Origin: an uncultured archaeon
Lineage (GTDB): Archaea; Iainarchaeota; Iainarchaeia; Iainarchaeales; Iainarchaeaceae
Assembly (NCBI GenBank): GCA_964577555.1
Contig: CAZNZM010000001.1
Location: 12,684-76,683, forward strand
DNA: 64,000 nucleotides
Reading direction: 5' to 3'
Below the pieces are notes generated by a model that saw nothing but the letters and a program-made list of their open reading frames with translations, was not told the DNA's origin and made no database searches. Every line of letters begins with the position of its first letter. The stretch's first letter is position 1. Position numbers and translations under genes: made by a program. This document shows, in pieces, positions 58,350 through 64,000 of this stretch.

Positions 58350-59276
58350 TTGCTTTTAATAATCGCGTTTATCGCAATTCAAATACTAATCATTAACATT
58401 ATAACTGCTGAAAAAACTGAATTGCAAGACAATAATTCCGAAACGGTTCCAGATTTTAATGCAGAAGAATTGGGAATAGTAAAGTCGGCAAAACAAGAAA
58501 TCTTTAATGCTGAAAACAAAATAAGAGACATGAAAAGAAAAGGATTGCCTACAGGCAGGGCTTTAGACTTGTTGACTATAGCTAAATTAAACCTTGATTT
58601 TGCAATTGAAAAATCCAATTTGACAAAACAAAACCCTGATCTTTTCCAATACAGGGAAAAAATGAAAGACTTTAAAAAAGTAAGCGAAATGGCTTATAAA
58701 GTCAAAGACGAATTAGTGTCTCTTAGAAAAAGGATTGATGAATCAAAAAATCTTCCTCAAATAGAAAGCGTGGAAAATCTTTACAAGCAAGCCGAATCGG
58801 AGTTTTTTGACGAAAGATTTGAAAGAACAATTGATATTATTTCTGAAGCTGACAAAAAATTGGTTGAATTATCCTCCCTGCAAACAAGAATTGAAGCAAT
58901 TTATGAAGCGGCGTCAGCCAATATAATCGCGATTGCAAAAAAATATCAAACTGAAATACTGATAGGTATAATACTGCCTCTTATTATTGGAATAATTTTT
59001 AGGCAACAAATAAAAATGATCCAAATACAACAAAAAATCAAAAGCCTTGAATTGGAAAAGAAAATTTTGAACGAGGAAAAAAAGAAAGCCCAAAACAACT
59101 ACTTTGTCAAAGGTTCTATACCTGAAAATGTTTATAAAAGCAAAATGCAGGTTTATAGCGATATGGAAAGGGAGATTACAAGAGAATTAGCAGTATTAAA
59201 AGAAGAAGAGCATAAATTAAATATTAAAAAAGATAATAATAAAGGCCAAAAACTACTAATAAAAAAAGTGAAGTGA
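58350..59276 (+). CDS. Bitopic coiled-coil membrane protein, paralogous to the stalk/TM/tail module of the upstream giant protein
   Basis: N-terminal signal/TM, helical ectodomain, TM (ILIGIILPLIIGIIF) and a cytoplasmic tail containing LEKKILNEEKKKAQNNYFVKGSIPENVYKSKMQVYSDMEREI. This aligns with the giant protein's AEERERILNELKETQKQYFKEGLIETRMYQAKIENLTKRLNEI. 17-bp gap to the upstream gene. Confidence 0.5.
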   Translation: MLLIIAFIAIQILIINIITAEKTELQDNNSETVPDFNAEELGIVKSAKQEIFNAENKIRDMKRKGLPTGRALDLLTIAKLNLDFAIEKSNLTKQNPDLFQYREKMKDFKKVSEMAYKVKDELVSLRKRIDESKNLPQIESVENLYKQAESEFFDERFERTIDIISEADKKLVELSSLQTRIEAIYEAASANIIAIAKKYQTEILIGIILPLIIGIIFRQQIKMIQIQQKIKSLELEKKILNEEKKKAQNNYFVKGSIPENVYKSKMQVYSDMEREITRELAVLKEEEHKLNIKKDNNKGQKLLIKKVK

Positions 59277-60193
59277 GTATGATAGATATAAAAAAACTTT
59301 TGTTCGGCGGCAATAAAAACAATGATAAAAACGTGCAAAATAAAGCCGACAAGAAAGAAAATAATAATGTTAAAACAAATAATGCGGGAGAAAATAAGAG
59401 TGAAAATAAGCAGGAAATCGAATCAAAGCGGGAAAAATATTTTAAAACTGGAATTCCGGGCATGGATGAATTGATGACAAGAGGTATACCTTGGGGTTCT
59501 GCGGTTATAGTTGAAGGTGGTCCTGGTTCAGGAAAAACGCTTTTTTGCCTTCAAGCAGGAATGAATGCGTGCAAAAGAGGGCTTAAAGTTCTTTATATGA
59601 GTTTTGAAGAAAAGGAGGAAAGTTTGAGAGACCACATGAGAATGTTCGGGCACAACCCTGAAGAGTATGAAAAAAAAGGTTTGTTAATGATAAAAAGGTT
59701 TAATGCTCTCGATATTGCAAGAAGCGTGGAAGCTTTGTTGAGCGAAGCCAAAAAAGAATTGCTTATAGACGTGGAAGTTGTTTTGATACCCCAAAATTAC
59801 AAGCCTGATTTGGTTTTGATAGACTCTTTGACTTCTATATCCTCCGCTTTCAGTGGGGAAGAATACAGGTTCAGGATATACATGGAACAAATGTTCAGGT
59901 ATTTGGAAAAAAACAACATAACTTCATTACTAATAAGGGAAACCCCTAAACCTACCCATACTGGCACTGATGGAACTGCCGAAGGTGGAGAAGCAATAAG
60001 CTTTCTTTCAGATGGAATAATAGTTATTTACAATGTGCTTTACAGCAATGGGGAAAGAGGCAGGGCTCTTGAAATTTTTAAATTGAGAGGGGAAAACTTC
60101 AAAAGACGCTTAGTGGAACTCACAATAACAGATAAAGAAGGCATCAGGGTTTATCCTGACAAAGTAATAAAAGGAAAATATACCTTAACATAA
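59273..60193 (+). CDS. KaiC/RadA-like RecA-superfamily ATPase (COG0467) with a roughly 55-aa K/N-rich N-terminal extension
   Basis: GIPGMDELMTRGIPWGSAVIVEGGPGSGKTLFCLQ (Walker A), Walker B LVLIDSL, single RecA domain. 4-bp overlap with the upstream gene. Confidence 0.8.
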   Translation: MSMIDIKKLLFGGNKNNDKNVQNKADKKENNNVKTNNAGENKSENKQEIESKREKYFKTGIPGMDELMTRGIPWGSAVIVEGGPGSGKTLFCLQAGMNACKRGLKVLYMSFEEKEESLRDHMRMFGHNPEEYEKKGLLMIKRFNALDIARSVEALLSEAKKELLIDVEVVLIPQNYKPDLVLIDSLTSISSAFSGEEYRFRIYMEQMFRYLEKNNITSLLIRETPKPTHTGTDGTAEGGEAISFLSDGIIVIYNVLYSNGERGRALEIFKLRGENFKRRLVELTITDKEGIRVYPDKVIKGKYTLT

Positions 60194-60231
60194 AATAAAT
60201 AGGTTGCCCAAAAGGGCAAAAAATCGAATTA

Positions 60232-60495
60232 TTAGCTGTTTTGTTCGCTATTATTTTCTTGGCTGGCAAAATGTTCGTTTGCCTGTTGAAGAACCGAAAT
60301 CAACTTGGACAATTCGTTTGGCCTGAAAGATTTAAGCGATTTCCATTCTTCGCCTGATTTATATCTTTTTTCAATTGTTATTGTATTGTAAATTTCGCCA
60401 GTTTCCTTGGCAACATTTTCCCACACAGCCAAATGTATTTGGCCTGAAGAAAATTTTGCAACAGGTTTTGAACTGCTTTTTTGCTTGCTTTCCAT
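60232..60495 (-). CDS. Small hypothetical protein, possibly a PC4/YdbC-like ssDNA-binding fold
   Basis: Start taken at the MESKQ Met. The beta-beta-beta-alpha pattern (GQIHLAVWEN...EIYNTITIEKRYKSGEEWKSLKSF.PNELSKLISVL) loosely matches the PC4 C-terminal domain. Weak. Confidence 0.3.
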   Translation of the reverse strand: MESKQKSSSKPVAKFSSGQIHLAVWENVAKETGEIYNTITIEKRYKSGEEWKSLKSFRPNELSKLISVLQQANEHFASQENNSEQNS

Positions 60496-60612
60496 AAAAT
60501 TCACCCCTTGATGAAAGCAGAACCGAAGACTCGCACGAATAACTACTGGCACAAAATTTTTAAAATTTTCAAGAGTTGGTTGCCGGTAAAAAAAAGTTTA
60601 TTGTTGGAAAAA

Positions 60613-61254
60613 TTATTCGCTTGAAGCCCATGATTTTATTATTTCAAGTGATTTTATTTGTTCGTCCAAATCCTTTATTTTCGCTTCAATATCCTTTAAT
60701 TGGGCTTCCGACACGTCAATTCTGAAGTCTTGAAGAATGTTTGCGTAATTTCCTACTTTTTTGTTTTTGTAAACAAAACTTTTTTGCACTGTTTCAACAA
60801 GGTTTTTTCTGTATTCAATGTCTTCAAGAAACATTTTTACAAGCGGTTTGTATCTTGGATCTGCTGCAAGGTGAGCTGGCAAGCCTACTGCTTCAGCATC
60901 GGCCTTGTATTCTTTGTCGGTAAGCATTTTGGAGACATGCTTCCAATAAATTGGCTCGGACAATTTCAAAACATGGTGCTTCAGGTGATAGTTTTTGGCT
61001 TCGTTTAGCTTTTTTCTCCAATCGGCTTCCTTTTTCAAAAAAAGTTTTCTCCTGTTCTTTAATTCTTCTATTTGAGTTTGGATTCGCAATGGAGAAGGGT
61101 ATATCAAGCGAGGCCAAGGTTTTTTTGAAGGCAAAGCCGATATTACCCCGCCTCGTTCAAAGTATTTTTTCAATGCATTGATTCTTTCATCGTTCTTTGG
61201 AAAATCAAACCTTTTTTGGAATTCTTCAAAAGAACTTATTATATTTGATGTCAT
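60613..61254 (-). CDS. Hypothetical cytoplasmic protein with a C-terminal coiled coil
   Basis: 213-aa ORF. No recognisable family. Confidence 0.4.
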   Translation of the reverse strand: MTSNIISSFEEFQKRFDFPKNDERINALKKYFERGGVISALPSKKPWPRLIYPSPLRIQTQIEELKNRRKLFLKKEADWRKKLNEAKNYHLKHHVLKLSEPIYWKHVSKMLTDKEYKADAEAVGLPAHLAADPRYKPLVKMFLEDIEYRKNLVETVQKSFVYKNKKVGNYANILQDFRIDVSEAQLKDIEAKIKDLDEQIKSLEIIKSWASSE

Positions 61255-61316
61255 GAAAAAAAAATGTTGATTCAGTTAATAAGCTTTTTTAAGTAGTAAA
61301 TTGTTGGTGATTTTTT

Positions 61317-61658
61317 ATGTTTCCTGGTTTTGGTGGAATGGATCCAAGGCAAATGAAGATGATGTTGAAACAATTTGGCATAAAGTCTGAAGAAATTCAT
61401 GCAAAAAGGGTTGTTTTTGAGTTTGAAGAAAAGAAAATAATTATTGAAGAACCGCAGGTTACTGCAATGGATATGCACGGGAATAAAATTTATAGTGTAA
61501 TGGGCAAAGAGATTGAAGAAAAAGCGAAAACGGAAATCCCTGAATCTGACATTTTAATGGTTTCTGAAAAGGCAAAAGTTTCAAGGGAAGAAGCTTTTAA
61601 TGCATTAAAGGAAACAAAAGGGGATATTGCGGAAGCTATTCAAAAATTGACAAAATAA
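61317..61658 (+). CDS. nac: Nascent polypeptide-associated complex protein (archaeal NAC alpha: NAC domain plus C-terminal UBA)
   Basis: MFPGFGGMDPRQMKMMLKQFGI N-terminus, NAC beta-barrel and C-terminal UBA-like SREEAFNALKETKGDIAEAIQKL. Confidence 0.85.
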   Translation: MFPGFGGMDPRQMKMMLKQFGIKSEEIHAKRVVFEFEEKKIIIEEPQVTAMDMHGNKIYSVMGKEIEEKAKTEIPESDILMVSEKAKVSREEAFNALKETKGDIAEAIQKLTK

Positions 61659-61742
61659 TAATTATTAATTAATATTTGATGACATAAAAAAAAATTTCGG
61701 GAAAAGAGGCTTTATAATGAATCAACAAAACCAGGATATGCT

Positions 61743-63086
61743 TTAATTTTGTTTAATTATTTCCTGGGCTTGTATAAGCCTTATTCCGTTTCTTTTTGAA
61801 GCTATTATAAGCATGTTCATTTCTATTTCGTCTCCGTTTTTATGAATTGGTTTTACATATGCGTTGAAATAACCTTCGCGAATTGTGAAATCATAGTTGG
61901 CATCTGGAACATATATTGAATTAGCTTCTATTTTTGCTTTTCTGAAAACCGTGAATTTCAATTCATAATTTTTTTCCGTTGAATTAATGGTTTTTAAAAT
62001 TTTTTCTGAGTCGCTATTTGAAATTGTTCCTTCCAAAAAAACTTTTGGCTCTTTGATGCTTGATATTTTAAAGCCAAAAGCTTCCAATTCTTCTTTTAGT
62101 TTTTCTGCGAATTGGTTTATGTTTTCGTCTTTGGCTGTGACAATTGCTTTGTTGGAGTCCAATTGCAAGGTGAAAGAACTTATGCTTTGGTGTCCTGACA
62201 GGTAAAAGTTAAGGTCATTAATAGATATTTTTTCAGGTTCTGAAAATAAAATTGTGAAATTGAGTGATTGTGGATAGACTTTTAAGTTGGAGTTTTCGTC
62301 CAATTTTGCGAGTTCCAGTTTTGCTTTTTCAAGATCGTTTATTTTTTTTGGGGTTGATTCCGAATTTATTAAGTATTCGTTTTCTAAGCTTGAAATCGTT
62401 GATTTTTGGATTAATGAAAAAATTTCCTCTTTGGCGTCAAGGTTTGATGTTTCAACAGCATATGCAGAGACTAATTGTTGACCTGCAAATTCGGTTTGCA
62501 AGGAAATTTCTATCAAATCACCTTTTTGGGTTTCGGGAGTTACAAGTGCTTGGATTTGCGAGCCTTTGAATTGGTATTCCTGGGTTAGTCCAAGCGTTTC
62601 GTTCTTGAGTTCAATCTTTTGTGGAAGGTTTACAAGAGAATATTTCATAAATTCCAAATCTTGAAGAAAAGGAAGTTGTTTGATTTCTTCCATTAATTCT
62701 TCTATTTGGCTGGTTGATTGTAAGCGCAAGTCTGCAATGTAGTATTCGCCATTTTGTCCTGAAAACTGGGAATTTTCTACTCTAAGTACTTTGCCAGTGG
62801 AAAGTAAGGCTTTGTCTATGCTTGAAACTTCCGATTCTGAAGTCTTGGCTCCAAGCCTTATTCTTGGAAAAATATCAATTACTTTTGATTTAATGTTGGA
62901 AGCCGAATATTTTATTGTAGTGGGTTTTTGATTATTGGAAGGGGGTTGTGGTGGCGGCTTGTATTCGTCTTGGTATTGCATAAGGGCAAATATTGAACCA
63001 ACCATTAAAAGTGCAACCAAAAGTGCCACAAATTGTTCTTTAGTTATTTTCAAGATTTTACACCTTTCATCAATCTTTATATTCAA
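61743..63086 (-). CDS. Hypothetical membrane-anchored extracytoplasmic protein (N-terminal TM, Pro-rich linker, roughly 380-aa ectodomain)
   Basis: 447-aa ORF with one TM (FVALLVALLMVGSIFAL) then a KPPPQPPSNNQKP linker. No family recognised. Confidence 0.45.
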   Translation of the reverse strand: MNIKIDERCKILKITKEQFVALLVALLMVGSIFALMQYQDEYKPPPQPPSNNQKPTTIKYSASNIKSKVIDIFPRIRLGAKTSESEVSSIDKALLSTGKVLRVENSQFSGQNGEYYIADLRLQSTSQIEELMEEIKQLPFLQDLEFMKYSLVNLPQKIELKNETLGLTQEYQFKGSQIQALVTPETQKGDLIEISLQTEFAGQQLVSAYAVETSNLDAKEEIFSLIQKSTISSLENEYLINSESTPKKINDLEKAKLELAKLDENSNLKVYPQSLNFTILFSEPEKISINDLNFYLSGHQSISSFTLQLDSNKAIVTAKDENINQFAEKLKEELEAFGFKISSIKEPKVFLEGTISNSDSEKILKTINSTEKNYELKFTVFRKAKIEANSIYVPDANYDFTIREGYFNAYVKPIHKNGDEIEMNMLIIASKRNGIRLIQAQEIIKQN

Positions 63087-63134
63087 TTTTCCAAACCAAT
63101 TCTTATAAATAACAATCTCTTTTAAGGTATTATT

Positions 63135-63854
63135 TTGGTGATAAATTTGAAAGAAAAAAGCCTTGTATTGGTTGAATTTACAGGCAAAGAATTAGTTACT
63201 GGAAAGATTTTTGATACCACTTCGGAAGCTGTTGCCAAAGAAGTTGGCTTGTACAAAGAAAACGCGATTTTCAAGCCAGTGCCTGTAATAGTTGGAAACG
63301 GGGATGTTATAAAAGGCATTGATGAGGCTCTCAAAGAAATGAAGGAAGGCGAAGAGAAGGTTATCAAGCTTGGACCTGAAAAGGCTTTTGGAGAAAGGCG
63401 AAAAGACCTGGTTGTGCTTGTGCCATTGGCTGAATTTACAAACAGAAAAATCAAGCCAGTTAATGGTTTGATTGTTGAGATGAATGGAATGTATGGAAAG
63501 GTTACAACAGTTTCTGGTGGCAGAGTAAGAGTTGATATGAACAACGACCTTGCTGGAAAAGAAGTTGAATATAAATTGAAAGTTATAAAAGAAATCAAGG
63601 ATTCCTCGGAAAAAGCACAAGTTATTGCTGAAAAGTTTTTCCCGCTTAAAGAAAAAGTCCAGACAAAAATAGAGGCCGACGTAATTAAAGTTAAAATTCC
63701 TAAAGAGATTGGGAAACAGCTTGCTCCTCTTGTTCCTGCTTTTACAAAAACAGTTAAAGAAATTATTCCTGAACTCAAGAGTGTTGAAATAGTGGAATCT
63801 TTTGATGCAAAACCAGAAAGCGAAAAAAATGAAAAAAAGCAATTTGAAATTTAA
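63135..63854 (+). CDS. Long-type archaeal FKBP peptidyl-prolyl isomerase (FKBP plus IF domain plus C-terminal domain)
   Basis: FKBP core (GKIFDTT, VIVGNGDVIKGIDEAL..MK.GEEK, LVVLVPLAEF), an insert-in-flap region and a roughly 90-aa C-terminal domain as in MjFKBP26. Confidence 0.82.
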   Translation: MVINLKEKSLVLVEFTGKELVTGKIFDTTSEAVAKEVGLYKENAIFKPVPVIVGNGDVIKGIDEALKEMKEGEEKVIKLGPEKAFGERRKDLVVLVPLAEFTNRKIKPVNGLIVEMNGMYGKVTTVSGGRVRVDMNNDLAGKEVEYKLKVIKEIKDSSEKAQVIAEKFFPLKEKVQTKIEADVIKVKIPKEIGKQLAPLVPAFTKTVKEIIPELKSVEIVESFDAKPESEKNEKKQFEI

Positions 63855-64000
63855 AAAAATAAAAAGTTGGCCCAACAAAAGATAGACCTGCAAAAAACAA
63901 AAAAACAAAACTTCAAACCAAAAAAAATAAAAACAAAAATTGTCTAAAAAAAACGGCTCACAAAACAAACACAAAAAAAACAAAAAAAACAACCAACAAA
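63855..64000 (+). repeat. A-rich low-complexity spacer (same family). Contains aaaaaaaaCGGCTCACaaaacaaaca, identical over 26 nt to 23065-23090. Runs off the window edge.
   Basis: Direct comparison of the two sequences. No ORF. Confidence 0.65.

Noticed and set aside
63192-63992. 266-aa minus-strand ORF overlapping the FKBP gene and the A-rich spacer
   Set aside because: The Phe/Leu-rich low-complexity translation arises from the T-rich antisense of the K/E-rich FKBP gene and the poly-A spacer. The FKBP identification on the + strand is strong.

Overview
AT-rich (roughly one-third GC), very gene-dense archaeal chromosomal segment. About 75 % of the genes lie on the + strand, with many 1-4 bp start/stop overlaps, GGAGG-type ribosome-binding sites and frequent GTG/TTG starts.

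Gene content and order are typical of a euryarchaeal/DPANN-like lineage. There is a D-family DNA polymerase, SepF and KEOPS (Sua5, Kae1, Bud32). The conserved ribosomal/RNAP clusters are present: L15-secY-L34e-L14e, then S13-S4-S11-rpoD-tRNA-L18e-L13-S9-rpoN-S2, then L7Ae-S28e-L24e-ndk-infB, then S6e-eIF2gamma-PIN-rpoE-spt4-S24e-S27ae. They show signs of genome reduction: no adk or cmk after secY, no rpoK or eno before S2, and a Cys-less L24e.

Other content: an intron-containing tRNA-Leu(UAA); GluRS and ValRS; a horizontally transferred-looking grpE-dnaK-dnaJ cassette with a divergent wHTH regulator; the secF-secD pair and SppA; CarS; and a replication module (PolD small and large subunits, SepF, Orc1/Cdc6, Hel308) with a candidate origin.

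The most unusual content is an operon at 51.0-60.2 kb. It encodes a 2439-aa secreted, beta-helix-repeat giant surface protein with a C-terminal TM helix and cytoplasmic coiled-coil tail. Tightly coupled downstream are a 'headless' paralogue of its stalk/TM/tail module and a KaiC/RecA-superfamily ATPase.

Also notable: a family of A-rich low-complexity intergenic spacers with embedded GGCTCRC-type islands at four loci, two of which bracket the Hsp70 cassette, and a multiply frameshifted mscL relic.

No rRNA, CRISPR array or obvious transposase was found.

All protein identifications are from reading the translations against remembered family motifs. No database search was run.
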